In this document: positions 36,173-45,657 of the stretch, piece after piece
How the letters are laid out: each line of letters begins with the position of its first letter
How positions within the stretch are numbered: the stretch's first letter is position 1
Virus record (IMG/VR): IMGVR_UViG_3300037070_000996
Span: 1 to 52,812 of that record
Direction: 5' to 3' (one strand)
Source: a virus
Taxonomy: Duplodnaviria; Caudoviricetes
Length of the DNA: 52,812 nt
Translations under genes and position numbers: made by a program
Notes under the pieces: model-generated
Databases searched by the model: none
Seen by the model: only the letters and a program-made list of their open reading frames with translations
What the model was told of the DNA's origin: nothing

Positions 36173-36697
36173 TTAGATTCTCTCTACTAGTTTACTTTTT
36201 ATTTTATACGAAGATGGAGCTAGTCCTAGTGCGTGCGCGTAGTCGTGGGGGTAACGATGCAACCTTGATTTGAATGTACCGTACAAAGTTCTACCTCGTT
36301 CTCGCCACAGCAATAGGCGAGTTCTGTAGAAAGTACCTTCAAACTCTACGCCGCCCTTGTAAGTCCACGTCGGTGCTGGTCTAGGTTTGCGCACCGCATC
36401 GTTTTTATTAAGTGATGGTTGCAGCTTGTCAATCCAGAATTGCTCTTTTTCCTTAAGGAGCTGCGAATTAAATTCCTCCATACAATCCAATTGAAAGATA
36501 TAGACCCTGGCAGCTGTTTTTACGACATGCCTGGTTGCGGCTAAGGCCCCAGCTTTGTGTTGCCAAAGTCGCTTCTTAAGGCTGTTGGTTGTAGAGCCGA
36601 CGTACAGAGCGTCGTCGATACTAAGACCGTACACGATGCCGTTGTTTTTCTGCCGTTTGTACCAGCGTGCTTGGATAATCGCATTAAGTTGTGACAT
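36173..36697 (-). CDS. GIY-YIG family (homing) endonuclease, free-standing
   Basis: GIVYGL...LYVGSTT..LKKRLWQH...EQFWI....PSLN. Confidence 0.8.
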   Translation of the reverse strand: MSQLNAIIQARWYKRQKNNGIVYGLSIDDALYVGSTTNSLKKRLWQHKAGALAATRHVVKTAARVYIFQLDCMEEFNSQLLKEKEQFWIDKLQPSLNKNDAVRKPRPAPTWTYKGGVEFEGTFYRTRLLLWRERGRTLYGTFKSRLHRYPHDYAHALGLAPSSYKIKSKLVERI

Positions 36698-38585
36698 CTT
36701 CTAATGGATCTAGTTCGTAGATCGACTCTCCTCCGTCCTTACCTGACCAATTAGTGCCGTACTTGATCTCCACGCCTAGAGGGACCACCAAGTCCACGTG
36801 ATAGACCCGACTAAGATACCCAAGAGTGTCGCTAGTAAATGCGCGATTGCATACACCAGTAAATTCGTCCTTCTCATATTCTGGTACTTCTCCTACCACG
36901 GAGTCGTGGATTGTGTTAGTCAAGAATGCGTTTAATTTAAGTGCTTTGAGGTAATGCCAGACGAAGACCAACGTTATTGGAATGATCTCCCCGGTGGCAA
37001 ACGAGGACATTGGGTAGTTAAATATGTTGGTCTTGTATTTGATGTAGCCGGATCTGTCCATCGTGCAGTCCGGCCAATAGAAGTGGAACCCCCACTCTGT
37101 TGTTATTTTCTTGTCCTTAAGAACTTGATAAGTCCAGCGAGTTTGCTCATCGTACATCGCTTTATAGCGACCTTGAAAGTATCGAGCATAGGCTTGCTGT
37201 TCGGGTGTCTGCCCTTTCGAGCCATACATTGGTCTAAAAGTTTCGGGCTTGTGATATTGCCTTTCGTCAGAAGTGACAGCAGCTTCGGGTTTTTTGAGCA
37301 TCTCACGAGCTGTAGCTTTGTGTACATCCTTCTTCCCCCTTATGTCAGCGAGGGCGACAGCATCTCGCGTAAGATGAGCGCCAATGCGGAACTCCATACC
37401 AACGCCGTCACCTTCAGCAACGTACCACCCCGCATATCTGGCCCGAAACATTCGCTTGTAACGTCTTGGGAAATTTTGAAACTGAAGCTTGTATTTCCGA
37501 CCTGACGACGATAGGCGAGTATTCTGGGTGACTGTTTGATTGTATTGGGCATAAAGCATCCCTCCTTCTTCGTCGCAGGCTGCCTTCATCTTCTCCAGAA
37601 AACGAAGGTCAGCCTCTGCTTCTTTGAGTGGTTTTAGAAGTTCTTTAAACTCTCGTTGAGCCTCTGTTCTAACGACGAGAGCTTCAATAACATCGGCGCC
37701 AGTTGCGAGCGCACCCCCCTCAGTTCGTACAGGGTTTCCTGAGTAGTCGGTAATTTCATCAAATCCCAGAGTTGTGTAGAGGAACGTTCCAATCTGCTTC
37801 GGGCTAGTCCAACTGACTCCTGGATATCGGCTACTAAGACGGCCGTTTGCATTTTCGTGATCGGTATATCGTTGTTCATACTCTTTGTAGACCTCGTCTT
37901 TGTCAAGGAACATCCCGTGTCTTTCGATATCTGCCAAGACAGGCGTGAGCAAACATCTTGTATACAAGTGGGGCAGGAGCGCCAGCTCTGCCAATTCCTC
38001 TCTCTGCTTAAGAAACACCTGTTCTGTGACATCTGTATCTCCGCAGCCGTAGCTGATTAACCAGTCGGTAGGTATCTCTGACGGACAGACTCCACCTTCC
38101 ATAAGGCATCTAACAATCGAAGACTTCTGTCCCAGACCGTAGCGCGCTGCAAGGGCGTCAAGGTGTTTAGGCCCTCGACGATTTCCGAGACGGACATATT
38201 CCCCGATGAGAGTGTCGTAAACAACGAGCTTGGAAATGTCGATACCGTGTCTGGAGAGCCATTGCAGCTCGAATTTGGCGTTTTGACAAACGATGAAATC
38301 GGAAGACTCAATAGCTTCTCGTAGTGGCTTCGGGAGAGAGCCCGTATACTCCCATCTAACATGGTTTGCGGCGACTCCTTGCGTAGTCTTATCTCCTCTT
38401 CTGCGCGATCCGGATAGACGATGTCCACTACCAACGGCCCATGTTGAGAGCACAAGGCGATTATCTGGGTCAAGAGCTGATCCGAAGTCTCGATTGGTGG
38501 TCTCGAAGTCCAAGACTGTGTAGTTGTCACTTAAATATATCTCTGGGTTAGGGTTGATTAGGAAGTCCGGTAGCGCCACTGTCAT
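36684..38585 (-). CDS. polA: DNA polymerase family A with 3'-5' exonuclease
   Basis: Exo LDFETT and QNAKFE; TRLSSSG; motif A DGVGMEFR; motif B RQYHKPETFRPMYG; motif C IHDS. Confidence 0.95.
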   Translation of the reverse strand: MTVALPDFLINPNPEIYLSDNYTVLDFETTNRDFGSALDPDNRLVLSTWAVGSGHRLSGSRRRGDKTTQGVAANHVRWEYTGSLPKPLREAIESSDFIVCQNAKFELQWLSRHGIDISKLVVYDTLIGEYVRLGNRRGPKHLDALAARYGLGQKSSIVRCLMEGGVCPSEIPTDWLISYGCGDTDVTEQVFLKQREELAELALLPHLYTRCLLTPVLADIERHGMFLDKDEVYKEYEQRYTDHENANGRLSSRYPGVSWTSPKQIGTFLYTTLGFDEITDYSGNPVRTEGGALATGADVIEALVVRTEAQREFKELLKPLKEAEADLRFLEKMKAACDEEGGMLYAQYNQTVTQNTRLSSSGRKYKLQFQNFPRRYKRMFRARYAGWYVAEGDGVGMEFRIGAHLTRDAVALADIRGKKDVHKATAREMLKKPEAAVTSDERQYHKPETFRPMYGSKGQTPEQQAYARYFQGRYKAMYDEQTRWTYQVLKDKKITTEWGFHFYWPDCTMDRSGYIKYKTNIFNYPMSSFATGEIIPITLVFVWHYLKALKLNAFLTNTIHDSVVGEVPEYEKDEFTGVCNRAFTSDTLGYLSRVYHVDLVVPLGVEIKYGTNWSGKDGGESIYELDPLEDVTT

Positions 38586-39060
38586 ACTTAATCTCTCTGA
38601 CCGGTACCCCGGTTCTTTTTGCTTTTCTAACCATGTCCGCTGTCTCGGCCCCACCGGGGAACGCTACCACAATATCAGGCTTCCCTTCGTGCAGCATCTT
38701 TTGATTCCTTATGGAACCTGCACTCTTTCCGTGCTTCTCCCAATCAGCCGGGAATACCTCCAGACCTGTCAAATTAATTATCGCCCATTCGTCTGCCGCC
38801 TTGTCCGCACCACTGGCGCCGCCGTGAATAATTGCGCAGCTTGGGAACCAGCAGTCGTTATTTGGCGTCCCCGTCAATTCAAAGCAGATTGCGTACAACG
38901 TCTTGTGTATGAACCTGAATTCCGCCACACGTTCTCTAGCTAGATCCTCTATTACAATGTACGGGTAGGGTGTAACCAGGCCATTTCTACGGACGTAGTT
39001 ATTGTAGGACTTCGGTAATTCACCGAACGTGCGGCCACCACAAACAAGAATCCTGGTCAT
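38548..39060 (-). CDS. SLOG/YspA (DUF2493) family protein
   Basis: ILVCGGR, IIHGGASGAD, ADWEKHGKSAGSIRNQKML and VVAFPGG. Confidence 0.9.
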   Translation of the reverse strand: MTRILVCGGRTFGELPKSYNNYVRRNGLVTPYPYIVIEDLARERVAEFRFIHKTLYAICFELTGTPNNDCWFPSCAIIHGGASGADKAADEWAIINLTGLEVFPADWEKHGKSAGSIRNQKMLHEGKPDIVVAFPGGAETADMVRKAKRTGVPVREIKYDSGATGLPNQP

Positions 39061-39482
39061 GTCGTGACTCCCATATCTTCGTCAATTATCCTTTGTATCC
39101 TACGTTCATTAGCAATCTTGATCGCATCCTCTTTGGTCCTTGACCAAATGTAAAAATAATACGATCTGTCGCCGAACGGTCGATTGAAAAGCCTGTGTTG
39201 GTAATTATGTTGAATCTCGTGACGCCCGTCAGTAGGTACCTCGTCATTTGCGTAAAGACGGTCTTCGTACGCGGCCCCCGTAGTGCCGTCTCGCCACATG
39301 TTTACGAGCCAATGCCTCAATCCTTGCTTGTAAAGATCTGGTACCTCTTCATCCAGATCGAACTCTTCTATTTTGCCCCCGTATATATCTACGTGAACCT
39401 GTGCTTTCTCCGCGGTACTGAAGGCTCCGTAAACCAGGTACTCCGAGTAATCCCCATCTGTTCTAAGATACACCTTAGTCAT
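39057..39482 (-). CDS. Hypothetical protein
   Basis: ATGA-coupled ORF; VY...YSEY...GAFST.EKA pattern. Confidence 0.7.
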   Translation of the reverse strand: MTKVYLRTDGDYSEYLVYGAFSTAEKAQVHVDIYGGKIEEFDLDEEVPDLYKQGLRHWLVNMWRDGTTGAAYEDRLYANDEVPTDGRHEIQHNYQHRLFNRPFGDRSYYFYIWSRTKEDAIKIANERRIQRIIDEDMGVTT

Positions 39483-39730
39483 ACACCGTACCCCATCGCT
39501 TTGAGCATTTTAGCCACTAGAGACCAGACATAGTGGTGGCGATTATGCTTCAGTACTTTACCTCCCCTACGCTGCATCTCCCCCCACGGACTCTCGTGTA
39601 TGACGCTAGAAGCCTCATAGTTACCGAGTTCTCCTAGCAAAGTCCCGTCGTTCCATAGGTCCATGCGAGCAAGCTCTTTAGCCTTAGTCTCGTCTCCGTA
39701 TGGCCACAATTCAATCTTTATGACTAGCAT
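39479..39730 (-). CDS. Hypothetical protein
   Basis: Coupled ORF MLVIKIELWPYG. Confidence 0.7.
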   Translation of the reverse strand: MLVIKIELWPYGDETKAKELARMDLWNDGTLLGELGNYEASSVIHESPWGEMQRRGGKVLKHNRHHYVWSLVAKMLKAMGYGV

Positions 39731-39901
39731 TTAGGACCTCGCACTAGGATGAAACCACTCGTCATAGTCCCCGGACAACTCCCCAAACACATTGTCAGCG
39801 CAGACGGCACACATCCCGTCCTGCGCCTCCTCTTCCGCCGTCATAGGTAGTCCGCATATAGAACCGGCGGAATCTTCACATTGACAAAGTCTCTCACTCA
39901 T
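39731..39901 (-). CDS. 56-aa Cys-rich protein (not in ORF track)
   Basis: MSERLCQC...ICG...MCAVCAD...; ATGA overlap with the helicase stop. Confidence 0.55.
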   Translation of the reverse strand: MSERLCQCEDSAGSICGLPMTAEEEAQDGMCAVCADNVFGELSGDYDEWFHPSARS

Positions 39902-41106
39902 GCTTCTATCACCTTTGAAAGTTGTGGATCAATGAACACTTGAATCGGATCATGCCCTCCTCCACGTTTATTCTTTGGAAACGATAGCCACCGGATGTTG
40001 TTTGCCTCATCCTCTTCGGTTGCACCGAACCCAATCATTACATCCATTTGTCCTGGGATACCGACATTGCTACTGTCCACATCACCACGATTAAGCACAC
40101 GCTTACCAGAGGCAGAATCGCCAGCTTGTGCAATGGATACGACAACAATGCCGTAACGTTTAGCAAGATTACGTGCTTCGGTTGCAGCTTTTTCAAGAGC
40201 TTGAGTCCGTCCATCACTTTGTACATCTATGTTCCTCAGTTGATCGATAACAAGTACTTGCGGTTGATATTTCTTAATGAGAGCTTCGATCTCAGGGAAA
40301 GTCCCCGGCGATAACGGAGCGATTGTAAATAAATCTCCGGCACGGGAATCAATGAGCTTCTGCGCTTTCTCTGGGTTATCTCTGATCTGATACTTGTTGA
40401 GACCGGTAAGTCGGGTCCCGAGACGCAGTAGAATGTCCGCCGCTGGGTCTTCGTTTCCAATGTACAGTACCCGTAGCTTCTGCCAGAGAAACCCCGCCAC
40501 CATGTTGATCGCAAGTAACGTTTTCCCCATCTCCGTCGGGGCAAAGATGAGTAGATGGTGACCTCCGAGAACGCCTCCGTCGAGTCGTTCATTAAGCGCC
40601 TTAGGAAAGACTTTGATGAGATGGTCTGGATTGAGCGCGGTGCTAAGGAGATGTTTGATCGATACCCCCGTAATTGCACTTTCGATGGCCGCGCTTTGGG
40701 CACCGATTGTGGTGCCCAGCATCGCTTGATAAGTGTTGATAAGAGCATTGACATCATCTCCAGCTTTACCAGCTGCCAGCTTAGACGCTAACTGCAATCC
40801 GAGAGAGTGGCGCTTCTTGGCCACTATCTCGTCTGTGAGGTTTACTGCCGATACATCAGGTAGATCCGCTAGGATCTTTTTCAGTACTGCGATCAGCTTG
40901 TTTGATGTTACCTCTCGTTCGATCCGTCCAATGAGGATCTCCATGTCGACGGAACCAGCGTTCGTATCGGCCGAGTAGTACCCTGAACATAAATTCAGTA
41001 GCAGCGTCGATTCTGGACTTATCTCCGATGCTGTTAGGTTCTCCTTTATTATCTGCCATGATTTACGATCCTTGAGCGCCGCCGCTAATAGCTTTCTCTC
41101 GTTCAC
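39898..41106 (-). CDS. DnaB-like replicative helicase
   Basis: Walker A FAPTEMGKT, YIGNED, LVIDQL and SIAQAG. Confidence 0.92.
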   Translation of the reverse strand: MNERKLLAAALKDRKSWQIIKENLTASEISPESTLLLNLCSGYYSADTNAGSVDMEILIGRIEREVTSNKLIAVLKKILADLPDVSAVNLTDEIVAKKRHSLGLQLASKLAAGKAGDDVNALINTYQAMLGTTIGAQSAAIESAITGVSIKHLLSTALNPDHLIKVFPKALNERLDGGVLGGHHLLIFAPTEMGKTLLAINMVAGFLWQKLRVLYIGNEDPAADILLRLGTRLTGLNKYQIRDNPEKAQKLIDSRAGDLFTIAPLSPGTFPEIEALIKKYQPQVLVIDQLRNIDVQSDGRTQALEKAATEARNLAKRYGIVVVSIAQAGDSASGKRVLNRGDVDSSNVGIPGQMDVMIGFGATEEDEANNIRWLSFPKNKRGGGHDPIQVFIDPQLSKVIEA

Positions 41107-41260
41107 CCGATACCTTCTTTTGTTCGTATTCTTGTTCTTGTATCACGGCAGACCACACTTGCATAAATCCGCAATCACATCGAACCGGAAACATACCCTC
41201 GCAAAAACTGGTGTGCTCACCGTACACTCTAATAGCCTCCAGCAGCTGCGCTCGTGTCAT
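41063..41260 (-). CDS. Hypothetical protein
   Basis: In-operon ORF with H...C...CDCG. Confidence 0.55.
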   Translation of the reverse strand: MTRAQLLEAIRVYGEHTSFCEGMFPVRCDCGFMQVWSAVIQEQEYEQKKVSGEREKAISGGAQGS

Positions 41261-41262
41261 GT

Positions 41263-41544
41263 CTAAAAGCCCAAGTCTACCGCTTCGAAGACTCGGCGGT
41301 TGTCGGCGCGTGCCTTGAGTGCCTTAGCAAAGTCTGTGTAGGTCCCGTCGTACTCCAGGTACGCTGTAGTGCCTTTGGTCATCTGCTCTTGACGTCTCAT
41401 ACCTGTATCCTCGCCTTTATTGTCGAGCACAGGAACCCATATCAACTGTTTAGACACCCAAAGATACACTAGGTTCCCTAATCGTTCCTTATCTTCCACA
41501 CTACCCCTCGTGTTAGGTCGCTTCGTGTCGTTAGGCTTTCTCAT
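41263..41544 (-). CDS. Hypothetical protein
   Basis: ATGA-coupled start MRKPND. Confidence 0.55.
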   Translation of the reverse strand: MRKPNDTKRPNTRGSVEDKERLGNLVYLWVSKQLIWVPVLDNKGEDTGMRRQEQMTKGTTAYLEYDGTYTDFAKALKARADNRRVFEAVDLGF

Positions 41545-42215
41545 GCTGAATCCCGTTGTGCTTTGTGAGGGTCGTTTCGTACTACTTCTCTGGAGTGCAT
41601 AGGCCAATCATAATCGAACATATAATTGTGGCTATTGTTGCCCAGGTTGTACCGCTCATCGCTAAAGGAGATCTTCACGTACTGACGCCAGCAAGCTGAT
41701 TGGATGACAGGCGCTGCGTGAACCACGGACGGGTCGATACAGAACAAAGTCTTCTGTGGGTAATTCGCGATTACTCGGATTCCTGGATTGAATTTTATAT
41801 CGATTACATCGGTAAAGTACTCCAAGGACTTGATATGATCGTTCGGTACCTCGCCAAAATCCCCCTCGGCGAATCGTGTTCCCGGCCCAGTCCACCAGAC
41901 ATAATTAAGGTCGGTCGTCCCAAACCCGTCCGCGTGCCATCCTGGGCGGTTAAGGGGGTTGTCAGGCGTTGCCCAACCTTTCCTGGCTGACAGATACACG
42001 TAGTTGTACAACCTCTTAGTAAGCCTGTACGCGTGAGACCTGGCAGAAGATATCAGAGGTTGAAGTAGTTTGACGTTCGATGGTACACGCTGCGCGTCTC
42101 CGTGCTCTTTTCTCATAAGTACAGGCATGTACAGGTAGTGCATAACTTCATCAATATCAACAGTAGGGAAGGCGTCTACCAATTTAGGGGGCGCCCCGTA
42201 ACGAACCTTCGACAT
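41541..42215 (-). CDS. Putative 2-oxoglutarate/Fe(II)-dependent dioxygenase
   Basis: RPGWHADGF (HxD), distal VVHAAP His and downstream Arg; AGGAGAGG RBS. Confidence 0.6.
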   Translation of the reverse strand: MSKVRYGAPPKLVDAFPTVDIDEVMHYLYMPVLMRKEHGDAQRVPSNVKLLQPLISSARSHAYRLTKRLYNYVYLSARKGWATPDNPLNRPGWHADGFGTTDLNYVWWTGPGTRFAEGDFGEVPNDHIKSLEYFTDVIDIKFNPGIRVIANYPQKTLFCIDPSVVHAAPVIQSACWRQYVKISFSDERYNLGNNSHNYMFDYDWPMHSREVVRNDPHKAQRDSA

Positions 42216-42477
42216 ACTTTCCTCTCCTATGTGGGGGCTCCCAGCCTCTTGTCCGAGCCACAACAAGCTGATCTATAAGATGCACCGCGAACGATAGGAG
42301 ATCAGGATCAGCGTCGTCGTAAGCTTGGGAGAGGCGGGAGCGTAGCCAGAATAATTTAAGCCTATGGGAAGTCGGGATCACTGGCCCGATCTTCCCCAGG
42401 ACCTTCACCAATTCAAGGTGTGATTGCCAATAAAGTTGTTGTTCATTACTCCAGTTCTTCGATTGCTCGCTTGTCAT
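42184..42477 (-). CDS. Hypothetical protein
   Basis: Fills the gap; start uncertain. Confidence 0.45.
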   Translation of the reverse strand: MTSEQSKNWSNEQQLYWQSHLELVKVLGKIGPVIPTSHRLKLFWLRSRLSQAYDDADPDLLSFAVHLIDQLVVARTRGWEPPHRRGKYVEGSLRGAP

Positions 42478-43030
42478 CTTCGTTATTAGCTTTCTTATAG
42501 ATGCTGCCAAGGAATTTGCCTGGATCAACAGTTGTACCAGGATGTACCAGAAGGTAGACATTGTATGCACCTTCGTGAATGGACTTGTTCACAGCCACTT
42601 GATTGAATCCGTTCTTCACAAGAGTAGGAAGTATGTCCTTAATTTTGCCGTCCTGCTTAGTTAAGTAGCACGTGACAGCCTTACGGTAGTCCATATCCGC
42701 AAGGTAGTAATCCAACCAAGACTTGAAGTCCTTGTGATCCGCTCCTTTAGGCATATAGCGTTTGTAAGCACAAGACGAATCTCCAGACCAGCATTCCACA
42801 GTGGACCATTTGCACTTAAGAGTCACAAATCCCATGCGAGGCGTGTAGGTACCTGTAGCGTAATTGTAGATCTCGCCCCGCAGTTCCGTAGCCTTAAGTG
42901 GCGTATCGTTAAAATACAGAACACCGCCGTACCGAGCGACGTAGAACTCAACATCATTGTAGTTAACCTTCTGCATCTCGTCCATTGAGGGCGGAAGTGC
43001 GAGCCATGTTGCAGGTTTTTCAATGCTCAT
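42446..43030 (-). CDS. Hypothetical protein
   Basis: 194-aa in-operon ORF. Confidence 0.75.
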   Translation of the reverse strand: MSIEKPATWLALPPSMDEMQKVNYNDVEFYVARYGGVLYFNDTPLKATELRGEIYNYATGTYTPRMGFVTLKCKWSTVECWSGDSSCAYKRYMPKGADHKDFKSWLDYYLADMDYRKAVTCYLTKQDGKIKDILPTLVKNGFNQVAVNKSIHEGAYNVYLLVHPGTTVDPGKFLGSIYKKANNEDDKRAIEELE

Positions 43031-43880
43031 TCGACAGCAAGTCCTCTATCATGCAGGTAATTGTAGGGGAATCTTCGTACTTAAGGTCTCGCATTAGAGG
43101 TAGGACAGTAAGGGATGGTGCTAGCATCCCGTACCGATTTGCGAAACCGATTGCCGTATCCGTGGCATCCCTGTCCAGGGCGAGAACGATAGTCTCGCTT
43201 ACTGAAAGCAGGTCCATGAGCTTTTCCAAGTTCAGGTTCGTACCAAGCAACGCTGCGGATCTATAGCCCGCTTGAGCGACCTTGGTGGCCGATATTACAT
43301 CCTCGACGGCTACGATCGGCCGTCGCCCTGCGGGTTCTCCCTGCTTGTTCCCATAATTCGATGCAGCATCGTCTCCTGCGGGTCGGTAATGTCCGACCCA
43401 GGGCTGATCTCCCGAATGGCGATAGTGTAGCGTTTTTGGCCGATTTTCATCGCCGATACTTCGAAGTTCAAACCCTCGGAGAGTGCCACTAGGAGCACGG
43501 ATTTCCCATACGGTCCTTTCACTTCCAGCATCCCATCGACATCCGGAGGAGAGGCCGAACTGGGCGAGCCAGAGACTGGCGCGGTAGTCTTTGTTAACAT
43601 CTACAGTTCCTCCACCGTCATAGATTCTAGGGGTGAACTCAGGCTTCCGGTTGACAGGCGCTTCATGATATCCGTAGGAGGTTCCTCCAAGGCGCCCTCT
43701 ACGACCACAGGCAGCCCTGTGGCAGACATAAAGCGTTGCGCCAGACGGGTTCTTGGTGATAGATAACGACCTCTCTCCCGTTCTACCGCCTCGGCAAAAC
43801 GGGCAAACATTGCCGCCTCTCTGCTCACCAATGTATAACTCGGTCGCCAGAATCCTGAGTTGATCATATTCATTGCTCAC
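43020..43880 (-). CDS. DNA primase (Zn-binding + TOPRIM)
   Basis: CPFC...CHRAAC; VAVEDVISA, ALLGT and LALDRDA. Confidence 0.9.
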   Translation of the reverse strand: MSNEYDQLRILATELYIGEQRGGNVCPFCRGGRTGERSLSITKNPSGATLYVCHRAACGRRGRLGGTSYGYHEAPVNRKPEFTPRIYDGGGTVDVNKDYRASLWLAQFGLSSGCRWDAGSERTVWEIRAPSGTLRGFELRSIGDENRPKTLHYRHSGDQPWVGHYRPAGDDAASNYGNKQGEPAGRRPIVAVEDVISATKVAQAGYRSAALLGTNLNLEKLMDLLSVSETIVLALDRDATDTAIGFANRYGMLAPSLTVLPLMRDLKYEDSPTITCMIEDLLSNEH

Positions 43881-43904
43881 TATGATCCACTGAGTTCATC
43901 GTAC

Positions 43905-44108
43905 TCATTGCTCATCTACGCAGTAGGGGCACCAGTACGCCCCGTCTGCTACTGCAGCTTCAACACGCTGGTCAAGAAGGGGCCTCGGTAGCTCCTCCAT
44001 GGCAGCGTCGTACCACTCCCACTTGGTCACCCCGTTAGAGTCGAGGGTAGCTAGGACAGCTTCAGCCTCCAGCAACTTTCGAAATCTCTCTTCTGTAATC
44101 TTGATCAT
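43905..44108 (-). CDS. Hypothetical protein
   Basis: L..L...GV..WEWY..A phage-type motif. Confidence 0.7.
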   Translation of the reverse strand: MIKITEERFRKLLEAEAVLATLDSNGVTKWEWYDAAMEELPRPLLDQRVEAAVADGAYWCPYCVDEQ

Positions 44109-44113
44109 AACGA

Positions 44114-44377
44114 TTACTCCAAAGATACGAAGACTGGACTATCCAGAATAGCTGTCTTGACGTATACAGTGTTCAACGTCTCGAAGTCCCCGTTCTCGTG
44201 AACTTCCTGGACTTCACTAGTGTTTACCCATTTAGGGGCCGGCACATTCCCCAGTACCGGGTGTCGATCAATGATGTATACGAGGGCTCGCTGGCCGTGC
44301 TCCAGTTTGGAACCGAAAGCCATACCCACATATCTAATTCTTGGTTTCGTTAATGGGCTTGTTTGTTCAACGATCAT
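44114..44377 (-). CDS. Hypothetical protein
   Basis: HPVLG...VNTS.V......FETLNTVY phage-type motif. Confidence 0.7.
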   Translation of the reverse strand: MIVEQTSPLTKPRIRYVGMAFGSKLEHGQRALVYIIDRHPVLGNVPAPKWVNTSEVQEVHENGDFETLNTVYVKTAILDSPVFVSLE

Positions 44378-44769
44378 AGTGCCTCCGCAGCAAGTGTCTC
44401 AGATACCAACTCAGGCTCCGGCAGGTTGCACACAGGACTGTCCAGGTACACCCTACCACCCTCTACAGCCCCTCCTGCGAAGTCCGCGTCAGAGGGTTCC
44501 TCGTCGTCGTCAGCAGCTACGAACTCGTCGTAGTCTTCCAGGGTACTCAGCCAAGCGAGGCGCTCAGACCACTCGTCCCCGTCCATGTTGTCCAGGTCGT
44601 CCAAGGCGTCAACCAGGCCGTCAGACGTCTCACCGAAGAACATGATCATCTCGTCCGGTATCTCCAAGGCCGCACCCAAGCGGAACTCGGCACCGTCGTT
44701 GGAAAGGAAATGGATCTCCCAGTCGTCATCGGCTTGAGCGATCGCTTGTCGAAGGGCGCGAACTTTCAT
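44374..44769 (-). CDS. Acidic hypothetical protein
   Basis: Coupled ORF, strongly D/E-rich. Confidence 0.7.
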   Translation of the reverse strand: MKVRALRQAIAQADDDWEIHFLSNDGAEFRLGAALEIPDEMIMFFGETSDGLVDALDDLDNMDGDEWSERLAWLSTLEDYDEFVAADDDEEPSDADFAGGAVEGGRVYLDSPVCNLPEPELVSETLAAEAL

Positions 44770-44869
44770 TAGCGTTCTCCAAAGAAAAACCTATACAGTG
44801 CTACGGTAGCGCCAATAGACGCCGCCACGCAGAACCAGACTAGGCACCATTCCACCACATCCCGCGGAC

Positions 44870-45064
44870 TCATGCCGGCACTTGAACCAGGCATACGGTG
44901 CATCGCCACGTTCGCTTCATCGTCTTGTTGAAGACCCGGCGACCGGGGCTGTGAAGGGCGTCCTGCCCGATGTTCTTGCACCTGCAAGGGAGGATCTTAG
45001 TCGCGATAGTCTTCGTCATCGTCATTCTCCGTATGGGTGTGCATACCATCCCAATCGTACTCAC
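44870..45064 (-). CDS. Small Cys-containing protein (start probably internal)
   Basis: CRC...QD....G.RVFN......RCTVC. Confidence 0.55.
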   Translation of the reverse strand: MSTIGMVCTPIRRMTMTKTIATKILPCRCKNIGQDALHSPGRRVFNKTMKRTWRCTVCLVQVPA

Positions 45065-45209
45065 GAAAGGTATCTTCTAGATCGTACTCTCGCTCTACCT
45101 CGGTGTCGAAGTCCAGTTCTTCGAAGTCCGAGTCACCCTCGTCGTCATAGTCGAAGTCAAGGTCTGCGTCGATTGCGGACGACTCATCAGAGAGTGGTAT
45201 TCTGTCCAA
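44997..45209 (-). CDS. Hyper-acidic 70-aa protein
   Basis: 32 of 70 residues are D/E; GAGAGGA RBS and TTG start next to the upstream stop. Confidence 0.65.
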   Translation of the reverse strand: MDRIPLSDESSAIDADLDFDYDDEGDSDFEELDFDTEVEREYDLEDTFREYDWDGMHTHTENDDDEDYRD

Positions 45210-45584
45210 TTACAAGTTCCTCTCTATCCAGTTAGCGATCTGCTTGAACGAGTAACCAGCCTCGTCGTTCATTCTCACAAGTGTAGCTGTTTCGTGTACG
45301 ATCATATGTCCGTAGTGTGGGTCCTTAACAGGAGGGGACAGGCCAACTTTCCTTGCGAAGTCTTTTCCAAGGATCTTGTTCTTGAAATCATTCTTCCCTG
45401 TCACGGCACGCTTGAGCACACCGAGACAACAATACGCAAGGCCGTGCTTCTGGTTCCAGTCCTTATCAAACGTGGTGCGGAGGTCGCACAGCGTCCCGGT
45501 GCCTTGCTTGTACTCACCAGAGCGTAGAGCTTTCAGCCAGATACGCTTGTACTTAGCAACCATAGGTTTGAATCGTCTTTTCAT
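45210..45584 (-). CDS. Conserved phage hypothetical protein
   Basis: WLKALRSGEYKQG...YCCLGV...ND..GYSFKQIA.WIE; GGAG RBS. Confidence 0.8.
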   Translation of the reverse strand: MKRRFKPMVAKYKRIWLKALRSGEYKQGTGTLCDLRTTFDKDWNQKHGLAYCCLGVLKRAVTGKNDFKNKILGKDFARKVGLSPPVKDPHYGHMIVHETATLVRMNDEAGYSFKQIANWIERNL

Positions 45585-45657
45585 CTGAGTTCTCCATATA
45601 TCGATCTTCGTACATAACCCTGTACTACGATCGATCTGTTCGACTACTGTCTCACTA

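Noticed and set aside
36173-36697. GIY-YIG as part of a group I intron in the polymerase
   Set aside because: The polymerase ORF is complete (motifs A, B, C and C-terminus) before it, so the nuclease is free-standing.
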